Shown: one piece after another, positions 13,371-24,539 of the stretch
Position numbering within the stretch: position 1 is the first letter of the stretch
How the letters are laid out: each line of letters opens with the position of its first letter
Source of the DNA: Guillardia theta CCMP2712
Taxonomy: Eukaryota > Protista > Cryptophyta
Reading direction: 5' to 3'
Assembly (NCBI RefSeq): GCF_000315625.1
Contig: NW_005434662.1
Span: forward strand, 705,479 to 769,478
DNA length: 64,000 nt
Program-made: the position numbers and the translations under genes
Notes under the pieces: generated by a model
What the model was told of the DNA's origin: nothing
What the model saw: the letters and a program-made list of their open reading frames with translations, nothing else
Database searches by the model: none

Positions 13371-16076
13371 CGGCTTTTTGCCCCTCATACAGCACCCTTT
13401 GTGCGCTGGTCTCAACGAAAAAATGGCAGGGAAGGATAGAAGAGGACAAGCGCTTTCAGGGGCTGCAAACGCCATTCTGTTTCATGCATCCGTTGAGATT
13501 CTACAAGCTTCCAAAGTGAAGGCTTTCCAACAAAATTGCATGTTTTGTTCATGATCGTTGAAATTTCCATCCAATTATTCTGTGTTGCTGTTGCGTCCGC
13601 GGTGCGCGATTTCGCTTGATTCTTTCGTAATAGTTCAGATAGAAGACCATCCTGACTAGTCAAGATCAGTTTTCAATCTTTCGGCTGATTTCAATAACTC
13701 AATTTCCACTGAAATGACGAAAATTACAGAATACGACAATTTTGAGGTTTGTAAGTTGTGGCATTCACATGTGATGATCTCCGTGAAGCTGGAAATATTA
13801 TAGATTGCTTCCTATACATGATAGGCAACCGTTGCATTCGAAATGAGCACCAAAGTTGCCTCAGTTGCGAGGCCAATGCGTCGAATACATATTGGGATGA
13901 ATTTCGTTGGAATGACGTGTGCCTGAAGAATTCTTCGTGGTACATCCACTTCGAGACATGGAAACATCGCTGAACAGTAGTGAACCCTATTGACCAACAT
14001 ATCCATTAACAATACAAAGCGTATTCAAGCTGGATCTTCGCATGTCTGTGTTTTTTTTCCATAATTTTCTTCGTGCCGTATTTCAAGTTTGGTATTCTGA
14101 TAGAAATTGCACGCGGAAGAACATGGTCTACGAAGTCGTTCTCTTCTGGGTTAAGGAATGGTCACAATTCCACATCTTTACATGTATCTTGCATAGTTCA
14201 TGCATAGAGTTTTGAGTACTTGATGGGCCCTGATGACAGTTGCTTCATTGCTACTCATCCGAAGCCACCACTCATCAGACGGATGTTGGAGCTGGCTGTT
14301 TCATGTCTGTTTCACGCAAGTAGCGCCTCAAACTGTTTCCACGTGAAATGTTCTTCGTAATCGCATGTTATTCGTCTTCATTAGTCACTTTTTCTAGCAT
14401 TTCGTTGGAGAAAACTGTGAAAAAATGGTTCGTCGATTGTGTCGTTCAGAAATATTTTTCACATTTTTTCCTTCCAAACAGGGTAAAACATCACCTAGAA
14501 CGTTTAAGAATCATCGTGCAGGGGAAAATAATCCTGCTGAGTGTTGGAGAAAGGCCTAAAGACTCATTTGCAAAGTGAACAGACACGGTATGAATCGCTA
14601 TGCACCAGCACGAGAGAAACATGTGAGTACAAGATTGACGCCGGAACAGATGATTTGAAGACACCACAGCACAAGATCTCGTCATCCTTATGTGATCACG
14701 AGACGCAGGACATGCTGAAAGACTGACATGAGATTGCTCACAGCTTCAAGATGTGCGGATAACAGTGGGAGATGTCATATTCCATGCGGAGTGGTTGTCT
14801 GCATCAACTTCAATTTCACAGTTGAGGAGGTGAATTAATGGCAAAGAAGCTGCTCTGAGAAAGAAAAGGGACTTGGATGTGATGAATATCATCAAGATGC
14901 ACGATGGAAGTGAAGAGTTACAAGGTTTAGTGTAGGTATGAAGGAGATGGTAAGGAAAGTGATTGGGATACCTCATACCGAAATGTTGATAAGCACTGAA
15001 ACAATTTCAAGCGTGGAAGGGGCCTATCTCGACTGAGAAGCAAGACAATCACTCAGAGACATGCAGGTGAATCAGGAGAACCCATTGCAATATCGCAGCA
15101 GGCAAGAGGATGTGAGGAGTTGTGTAGATTCTTGATTCCGTCCACGGTTTTACGACGGAAATGATTTCGCGGAGTGAGCATTCCAAAAATGTTGAGGTCT
15201 TTAACTCGAGGGAGACCAGAGTAGCGTGAACGATAAGACCAGTGATGGATGGAATACTCATTCTCCAAACCTGTAATCAAGTAATGAACGTCCTCCACTG
15301 CGACAGTTGGGTTTTAAAGAAGACCTAATGACAAAGACACAATTTCGCTCATATCATATTCTGTACATTTGTATTAGAAACTCTTTCCAATTAAGTTGTT
15401 GAATCAAGATAGATAGTATGATACATAACTCAATGAACATTTTCCTTTGTCTCTGTGATTTTGTACGCAACAGATCGATGAATTTATCGCTAACAACAGC
15501 ATGTTCTCATGATTCATGAAGTGCACCAATGACCCTCCTCATGGAGCATGGCGGCGCGCCATTTCCCGGGAAGGCCAGTACCCCCACCCAGCAATGGCAA
15601 GTAAACACCCTATCTTTGATTTATTCAAAATACCCGTAGTAGGACTACCCCCACCCTTCATTTTCAGGCCCCTCTAAGGCAAAACCATCTGAAAACGGCA
15701 AAAAGGTGCCGAAGGTTTGTGTCACTTTAGAGCCACTGTTTGATGGCTTGTCAAAATGCAGACTGGCCTCTGTAACGGGCGGTTGACTGACCTTCGGGAT
15801 GATCCGGTCCTGCCGCCCGCCATCATGGCATGATGCCAGCCCGCGCTGCGGCCCGGATCGCATCTGAGTCCCTAAAGTGCTGAATCAGTTGTGATGGTGT
15901 TCATGATGGCCAGTGAGCTGTGAAGCTTCAAGTGTAGGGTGAGCCAGTGGGATTGTATTCAAGTTACAGTACACAGGAAAATTTTTGTTTAGAAGTCAGA
16001 TTTCAATGCTCCTGATTGTTCAAACCAATTTTTCCTGCTGTCGAATGACACTGTTCGACAGATATCAGTTCCAGCG

Positions 16077-16877
16077 ATGTCCAGGACCAAGCATGGAACA
16101 ACGCGAAATCTTCTTCCAGATCCAGATCAAGTTAGACTTGTCTGCTTGAATCCGCGCAATAACCTAGAGCATCTGTAGGAGATCGCCCGAGCGGTCAAGA
16201 TGAGCAAAGAAGCGGAAGACGAAGAGATCGAAATCTTGGACAGGATCATCGACCAGTTGTCGAGGCGTGCGAGGGAGATGAGTCCCATCGGCACTAGCCC
16301 GCTGCCAGCAACGAAATCAGAGAGGATGGAGAGGTGAAGTTGGTTTTCCGTGTTGATCGCTGTATCCTGAACAACAAGCGCGAAGTGAGTCGAACAAGAA
16401 GCTCACGCTTCAAGTGCACAAACTGCGGGAGTTGCTCAAGGAGAGGGCATCGCTCCACCGACAGGAGCTGTTGGAGTTGAAGGTGAACCTTTCTATTGTG
16501 ATGTAAAGGCCTCTGATCCTTGGCTGAAGTCCATGCACCAGAGAGAGATCTCAGACATGGCAGAGAGACACCAAGAGGAGGTGGAGATGCTTGAGAGCGA
16601 GTTGGACAGGAGGGAGAACGAAGTTCAGTCGCTGCAGGAGGCTTTGAGGTGGGTGGAGAAGGAGAAGTTCAATGCGGACGAGTTTCAGCGCTTCAAGACC
16701 TTGGCAGAGCACCAACACCAAGATATTGAGCGTCTTGAGCATCTTATAGAGGATGAGAGGAGGGAAGCAGAGTTATTTTTACACAAACAGGCCAGAGACG
16801 CACAACAACAGCAGGAAAGAGATAGAAGAGAGATAGAACTCCTGAGATCCCAACTGAAAATGCTCCGAAACTCCTGA
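16077..16877 (+). CDS. Hypothetical coiled-coil protein, about 4 exons
   Basis: In-frame splicing of MSRTKHG...PDQ / EIARAVKMSKEAEDEE... / ...QELLELK / SMHQREIS...; E/R/Q-rich heptads. Confidence 0.6.
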
Positions 16878-16900
16878 ACCTGCCTCTTACTGTCTTAAAC

Positions 16901-19750
16901 TTAACCAGCTTTCTTGACGTTCTTCTTAATGTACAAAAAGTATCGATCATGCGCAGTTGCGTGCCGATTGATTCCCTTCTGCCATAGACGATCGAAGTAG
17001 GAGGAGGCCTTGATGCTGTGCCCGCATTCGGGTCCTGGCGAGCCCTCATGGATCACAAAGCCGTCTATGCAGCTGTTCTGTCGGATATTTTTGTTCTGCA
17101 TCTTGATGGAGGTGAATGCTGCCTTCGACCCCTCGCTTACTTTTCCAAGGATTCTGCCGAGCAGCTTTGCATACCACAGGTTGTCTGTCACCACTGTGAT
17201 CGTTCCGTCGTGTGCAAGGATGCGATACATGTCACGAAAGAAGTCAACGGTGAGGAGATGCTGCCCCTCGGAGTCTTCGCCACCAGTCTGTTGAGGAGGC
17301 TCAGGGTGATTGACAAAAATCTGATTGACTGAAGACTCCGAGATCAAGCACGGAAGAATCTGCTCGTTCAATCAGATCGTTCAGAGAGAGGCAGTTGCCT
17401 GACTCACCTGTGTGGCATCACCACCGAGCACCGCCAGGTTCTGAACATCATGGAAAATCATTCTGGTAAAGATCTGATGAACTCGATCGATCCTTAGCTC
17501 CAGGGCCATCCAGTTCGCCGCGTCTTGATCTGCCTTGGCCTGAGCAATGGCCCATTCACCAGCCCCGGAGCAAATTTCAAGCTTGACAGGCAGAGTGTTT
17601 CCGAATAATTCCCGAAAGACCAGAAAGCCCTTGGGGCTCAGCATTTTTCGTATCTTTGTCGTGTAGTCGCCCAAGAATTTTGGAAAGAACTTCTCAATCA
17701 GCTTTTCTTTCGCTTCCTCAGGGTCAGATGCTCCCTTTGCAGCAATGATATCCTGTTTCAAAACCTGATCGAGTCCGAAGCTCTGCCGCCAGTATCAGTA
17801 TAATGAAACAGCTCATCACACCCTGACCTTCCGGAGACCACTGGTTATCTGCTTGACGACGATTTTCTGTGGATCTCCAACGTTCTTAGTTTCAGTCTTA
17901 TCGACATTCTTGGTTTCAGTCTTCTCGACCTTCTTAGTTTCAGTCTTCTCGACCTTCTTAGTTTCAGTCTTCTCGACCTTCTTAGTTTCAGTCTTCTCAT
18001 CAGTTTTCATTGCTTCAGGGCTGCCATTCTTCTGATTTTCCCGAATCCACTTCGTGTACTCGTTGTCGTGGTCCCGAAATGTGATCAAGCGCAGAAGAAA
18101 ATCGCTGTAAGCCTTCAAAGGGCCATTGGACAGAGTGTTGGAGTCGTCCTCCTCCAGAGCCTGCCAAATCACATATAAGGTGTAGGACCAACGAGCGAAT
18201 GCAAACACCTTGACGCTGGTGACAAACTCTTCGATCGACTTTAACTCCCTCCGAATCTCTTCACACTTGTGCTTTTCAAAGATCGATGCCTGTGTTTGGC
18301 AGCACAAGAATAAGCTTCGAACCAGAGGAGCAGAGTAACAAGCTACCGCATGTTGACGACTCTTATCTCGAACTCGCCAGCCTTGTTTACCTCCTTCGAT
18401 CTTACGATGACCGGCCCCCTCATCTTCGTCTTCATCGTCTCCTTCATTTCTCTCTCCGATCTCCTTCTCCATGTGCTGAATCGCATTTCTCGTGGCTTTG
18501 CCATACAGCTTCCACTTTGCCCAGTCTTTCAGAAGAGCTGCTGACCTCGCCAGGGCAATGTTCACAATCGGACTGTTCACAGCTTGAGCCAGGTAAGAAC
18601 TAGAAGCTTCTTCGCTATCCTTCTTGGTCTTCTTCTGCAGCATCCTGAAGAGTTTGGTGGCCTCGCCGAGCAGGAGTCCCTGACACCGCAGAGATATGAT
18701 GTACTCATATGTGGACAGATCCGGCTCAAGACTCCACTCTCCCTGCATGCGTTCGAAGAGCGAATCTGCCTCGGAGGACGCCCCGACTAGCAAGCAGCCG
18801 CGAAGAAGGGTGTTGATGGTCCGAATGTTTGGCAGCACCGGAGGTTTCCTACTCAGCATGGCCCGCAGCACATCCAGAGCGCCCAGTACATCTCCAGCTT
18901 TGCACTTCCCGTTGATGAGTGTTGTGTACGCGACAACACACGGAGCAAAACCTGCGCTGATCATTTGCTTCATCACCTTAGATGCTCCAATCGCATCGCC
19001 GCATCGGACGTAGGCGTTGATCGCAATGGAATAGGTGTGCGTGTTCGCCAGATCCTCGTCTACCGCCTGCTGGAGCAGCTTCTTCGCCTCTGCCAGCTCT
19101 TTCCTGTTTGCATGCTGAGAGATCTGGTCGTTCATAGACCTTGTCCTCTCAGGATCACGAGTCTTGTCGCTCCTCAACTTGGGCTTGCTCTCAGCCTTCT
19201 TTTCACTGAACTTTCTCCTCTTCCCTTTCTCCTGCTTCCCTTCCCATTTTCTTTTTCCAGTTTTGGCTTGCTGATCAACTGATCCCTCACCGTCGCCAGA
19301 TCCTTTCTTTTTCTTGAATTCTTGGTCTCCTGTCTTTCTGTGTTTGTTTGTGCTCGCATCTGCGCTGTTGTCCTCGCGCTTCTTTTTTCCATCTTCTGCT
19401 CTTCTGGGCAAACCTTCCCTGTCCTTACTATGCCTGCGATCCTGCCTCGAGCCTCCATTTCCTCCTTGCACACCTCCGCCTCTCGCGCCCCTCGCACCTC
19501 GCCCACCTCTTCCGCCTCTCCCGCCTCCTCTCTCACTTGCTTCGACACTCCTTCCTTCTCCCCCACCCTTTCCGTTGCCTACACCTCGTCCCCTTCCTCC
19601 CCGTCCCCCTGGACTGCCTCCTCGACCTTCTTGCCCTCCTCTCACTTCTCCTCGTCCTCCTCGTCCTCCTCGTCCTCCTCCGCCTCTTCCCCCTCCGCCC
19701 CCTCCGCCCCCTCCTCCTCGTCCTCGATCTGGTCGCTTCGCCCCCCGCAT
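16901..19750 (-). CDS. PPR protein with C-terminal tRNA (guanine-N7) methyltransferase (TrmB-like) domain and N-terminal RGG-rich region (PPR-TGM type)
   Basis: PPR motifs (TYSIAINAYVRCGD, AYTTLINGKCKAGD, TINTLLRGC, TYEYIISLRC); TrmB-like LEICSGAGEW, WMALELR, IFVNHPEPP, VVTDNLWYA. Confidence 0.88.
17878..17998 (-). repeat. 24-bp coding tandem repeat (KTETKKVE, about 5 units)
   Basis: Repeated ttcttagtttcagtcttctcgacc inside the PPR-TrmB ORF. Confidence 0.9.
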
Positions 19751-19871
19751 GTGCAGTGGGATCCCTGACTATTATGACTATTATATATAACAAATTTCGA
19801 ATATATATAACGAATGTAACAGACTGCTCAGAATCAGCGTAACGTTCAGCGACAGGCCGTAACGGGTGCTC

Positions 19872-21948
19872 ATGGCGGCGTGCAGGGGGCGGGGAGGGGG
19901 CGCATGTGCGACGCTCTTCCTCTCCTGCTGCCTCCTCCTCTCGAGGATAGGCAGGGGCCATGGAGGTTCAACTCTTGCCGTATGCAGTGCTGAGGGGCTG
20001 GGGTGCGGAGTACCGCAAAGAGTCGATGGGGTTTCCTCTCCCTGGGGAGGGGCCAAGACTGGGAGGAGCGAAGTCGGCGGCTTGAGGCTGCGGGGAGGAT
20101 CGAGCTGGTCGAGCTGGGGCAGCTCTCTAACATCTGATAAGAAGGGATACAACCCTGAGAACGACCCAGAGGTGAATGCGAACCATCCGGATCCGAGGCT
20201 GAGCTTCTGCAGGCGGAACACATTCCCAACGACGGGATAACGTGCATGAAGTTCTCGCCCAAGGCGATGGTATGTAGAGCTGCACGTTACCGAGCTCCTC
20301 TGATGGCTGATGCCAGGCACCTAACAACTTTTTGGCCGTGACGACGTGGGAAGGGGAGGTTTGCAAGCTTTCCGTGTTACTGCTCGCGTTCTGATGATGT
20401 TGAGTAGTTGCGATGCTACGAGGTCGATGGATCAACAGGCAAGACAAAGCCCGTTGGCATGCAGAAGCATGAGAAGCCGGCAATGTGCTGCGCGTGGAAG
20501 GTTTGTATTGTATGTCAGGGCTGCGAAGTTCTCACGTGTGGAAAGTTGGATGGCGGTGGCGTATTATCAGGAGGAGCTGACGGCAAGGGAATGCTGTGGG
20601 ACATTCGAGCTGGTACTTGGACTCAGGTGCACCAGATGATGTCTTTGCCATGAAACAAGGTAAATCCTTAGGTTGTGAGCATGACTTTGCTACAGATCGC
20701 CATGCACGATGCTCCCATCTCTGGGATCTTTCACTCTGAATTGCCATCCCCTTGTTACATTACGGGATCTTGGGATCGTACTCTGAAATTCTGGGATGCA
20801 AGGTTCATTCTCAGAATATTTTAATGTTTCAAAAATGTCTAGTTTGACTGATCTCTGTAGAAATCCCTCAGCTTCTCCAATTGGCGTTCTACAAGTTCCA
20901 GACAGAGTTTATGTATGTGCAGGACGTCTGGACTAACTGGGACTGAAAAATACTGCAGGCGATGGATGTCGTGGATCATGTTATGATAGTTGCAACTGCT
21001 GAAAGACATGTTCTTGTATACGACTTACGGTGAGTTGATCAGTGTTGGTTCCTGTGCAGGTTTAACAACATTTTAGCAACCCCGCCCAGCCATTTCGTCA
21101 AAAGTTCTCGCCTTTGAAATACCAAACCCGATGTGTGGCCATATTCCCTGACAAGGTGTGTAACCCTCACATCGGTTAGCTGAAATGCTCTGACTTCCTG
21201 TTTCCTGCAAACAGACCGGGTTCTGTGTCGGGAGCATTGAGGGGCGGGTAGGCGTTGAGCATATCAGCGATGCTGACCTTCCCAAGAACTTCGCATTCAA
21301 GTGTCATCGGTGACTTGCACAGTCCTGCTTTGTCAATGTCCTGAAAGCTTCCTTGACAAGGCAAAACACAAATGCCAAGGACCCGGAGCTATATGCTGTG
21401 AACACTATTGCATTCCATCCTGTGAATCCCTCGTACTTTTCAAGGCTCTCTCTCACCCTCTGCGTCAGTTGGGAACATTCGCCACAGCGGGCGGGGATGG
21501 ATCTTTCAATTTTTGGGACAAGGTACGAGAGGTTCATCGTAAACGTAGCAGCTGTAAAGATGTCCTTCAGGATGCAAAGCACAGGCTGAAAGCATTCCAG
21601 AGGGCAGATCAGGTGAAGTGCCTCCGTTGTTTTGATGTGGTGGGCTTGTGACGAATGCGCTGCTTAGCCAATAACATCCTCACATTTCAACCATGACGGA
21701 TCACTCTTTGCATACTCCGTGTGCTACGATTGGAGTATGTGGAGTATGGTTGCTCTGGAGTTATCTTATTGCGAACTTTCAGGCAAGGGAGTTGATGAAT
21801 TCTTGAAGCTGAATGCCGAGCAGAGGAAAGGGAGAATCATGATACACCTCGTGAAACAAGTATCTTGACCATCGATCTTTGCAAATTTCTCAATAGCTTC
21901 CTGCAGGAATGCCAGCCGAAAAAAGACGTGAACACCAAACGCTGGTGA
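19872..21948 (+). CDS. RAE1: Rae1/Gle2 WD40 mRNA export factor with N-terminal signal-like leader ending in LRLRGG
   Basis: Spliced motifs [101 protein letters not shown]; the FAFKCHR/WDKDA/YDWSKG pattern favours Rae1 over Bub3. Confidence 0.9.
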
Positions 21949-22049
21949 TAAACAGATGCAATGACCGATCTTCGAGCTGTAAAGAATGTAATGTTGAATA
22001 GCCTGCTGTGAGGAAATATATAATATCTTTGTTGATGCCAAAGAGCATA

Positions 22050-22880
22050 TATTTACAATCCTTTTCATCTTGGATTACTCTCAACTTCAGGACTTGTAAT
22101 CTTCTCGTTCAATCATCCACGACGGCGAAGAACTCCGAGCACTTCGCGTATTGTCTTGCTCGAGCAATCTGTAGATGCAAGTTCAATGACTCGCATCTTT
22201 TCACAACAACAAACACGCACCTCGAAGTCTTCTCCTCCAACTCATCGGCGAGGGACAGTCCCATGAGCAACTGCAGCTGCTGAAGCTGGTCGCTAGAGTC
22301 TGGAGCATCTACCAAGGATATGGGAGCAATGTTCGCCTTCACTGTCGAGTTACTGACAACCTTCTGCGTGCAAAGTCAGGCTGGAAAGAACTTCTCGCTA
22401 TCCTTACCATCGGGTTGTCGCTGGGTTTTGTAACGACTTCATTCGTCGTGGTTGTAGCGTTTTGCTTCAAGACGTTCTTAACAAAGATATCTTTGGCCAC
22501 GGGCAAAACCTGGAGACATTCTTCAGAGCAAAATCACCATTATGAGGTCCCCCACCTGACTCTGCACAGCCTTTATGATACCCTTGGGCGCTGATTTCAT
22601 GAAGCGGGAAAGACTCTCCTTCACTTCATCCTTGTCAAGCCCCTTTTTCTCTTCCGGGATCCAGGAGCATCTCAATCGTGTCAGATGCATGCTCCTCGTC
22701 CTACCGGCATGATGAGACCTGGTCGATCTCTCAGTCCTTGGGCTTCCTGCAAAGACAGGCGCACCTCGAGGAACCAGGAAGCTGCACTCCGACTTGAAAT
22801 GAAGCACACGAATCCAACAGAGACAACCCGACGATGAGCAACGAGATGAAGATGGTATTGGTTTCACGTACAGTGAACAT
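22050..22880 (-). CDS. Hypothetical protein with a possible bipartite plastid leader (3' end approximate)
   Basis: MFTVRETNTIFISLLIVGLSLLDSCAS|F followed by short exons (WIPEEKKGLDKDEVKESLSRFMK...); exon joins not fully resolved. Confidence 0.45.
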
Positions 22881-23763
22881 CCTGAAGGTGTGAGTACGCT
22901 GCAGAAATGATTTCAGTGAACCAAAATTTGAAACTCCTTAAAAATCGTACACGCAACCAACATCACCATTTCCTTCATGATATCAAAAAAATTCTAAATA
23001 TCATGGCACCCTTCCTCCTCATTATCATCATGATCATAATCTAGTTTCATATCCTGCTCCTTCCCCTACCCCTGCTCAAGCTACTGACACGCCATTCCAT
23101 GCTAACCCCTGAAGTAAATTTTCCTACATTCAGTCTTCCTGCCCACCTCCCTCCTGCTCTTGCCGCTTATCCTCATCCCTCTGTGTCGAAATCTTCACAC
23201 TCTTTTCATGTGTCCTCCTCCTCCTCCTCCTGGTCTCTTCGTCCCTGCCTCCATCCTGCCGTCTGAATTTTTTAAAAAACTGCGCATCCCGCCATCGTCC
23301 TCAAGCATAACAGAAGGCAGAGCTCTTTTCTTCTAAATCATTAGTTGCTGTCCTCGTACTCACAACCAAACCACCCCTACCCCCTAGTGTCCTTTTTTCC
23401 CTACCGTCACCGTCGACGTAGACCCCACCCTCATACATTTTACCAATCTTTGTAGATCATTACTACCCTCAAATTCGTATTTGACCCCACCCCTTCTTCA
23501 GGACCCTACCCTGATTTAGACATCTTGCCTGCATCCGGAACCCCCCTACCCCGATGAGCCATGCTGGCTGAGATTGAAGGACAGGGCACAGGAGATGGCG
23601 CGAGGAGAAGGAGAAGGACGGGAGAGAGGAGAGGAGGGGACTGAAAGGAGAAGAGGAGGGGAGAAGAGAAAGTTCATGAGGTGAGGGTGTTGTGCGAGCT
23701 GGCTGGCGACAAACGAGATCAGCATCGAGACTTGTCTCACTGACTTGAATTGACATTGTCCAT

Positions 23764-23980
23764 ATGTCCGAGCTCTTTGGTGGATGGGGGCATAAGCTTG
23801 TCGATGGAATACAGAAAGTGGCAAACAAGACGGAGAACAGATTGCAGAAAGTAGCGAATAAGACAGAAGACCTGGCCAAGCAAGTCAACCGTTCTGTGAA
23901 CCCGCTGTCAAGCCACTTCAGGGAGAATGAGAGGAGGAGCGAGTCACGATACGAGCAAGAGGAAGCCGGAGCTGACCTAG

Positions 23981-24022
<42 letters not shown>

Positions 24023-24381
24023 CAGCCGAAAGACAATCGACCAAGAGCATATCATCGCTGGATTCTGCATCCACTTCAAGGGAATTCACTCCCTCAAGGA
24101 TCTCTCTTGACCTGCATGAGAACGCAGATGAGAGCATGTCGACAAAGAGAGCTTTCAGAATGGCTCAAGACATCTATACTGCGATCAAGGAGGAGACGGA
24201 AGCTCTGCGAGCAGAAAAGGAAGAGTACAGGGCTGTTCTGGAGAAAATGAGGAGGTGTCGACAGGAGCAAGAGGCCACGTATGCGGTTGCAGAGGCGATG
24301 ATGGAGAGAGAGAGGAAGGAGCTTGAGGAGTTGGTAGAGAAACTGGAGAACGAAAGCTCCGAGGTCCTTGTTAGAATGTGA
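23764..24381 (+). CDS. Hypothetical coiled-coil protein with poly-Ala tract; may have a further 3' exon
   Basis: 205-aa ORF with an E/R-rich helical C-terminus; (GCA)n at ~23983-24013. Confidence 0.6.
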
Positions 24382-24539
24382 TTGTCGATCGCCCGAGGTT
24401 GTCGCAGATGGCATTATACATGATGAAACCATCTCAGAGTGCAGGTGCGAGGAGGTGGTATCGTGTGCAAGACAACCATACATACGATGACAACTTGTTT
24501 CACTCAAAACAATGTGCTCACTACAGGGTTGTATCTGAA

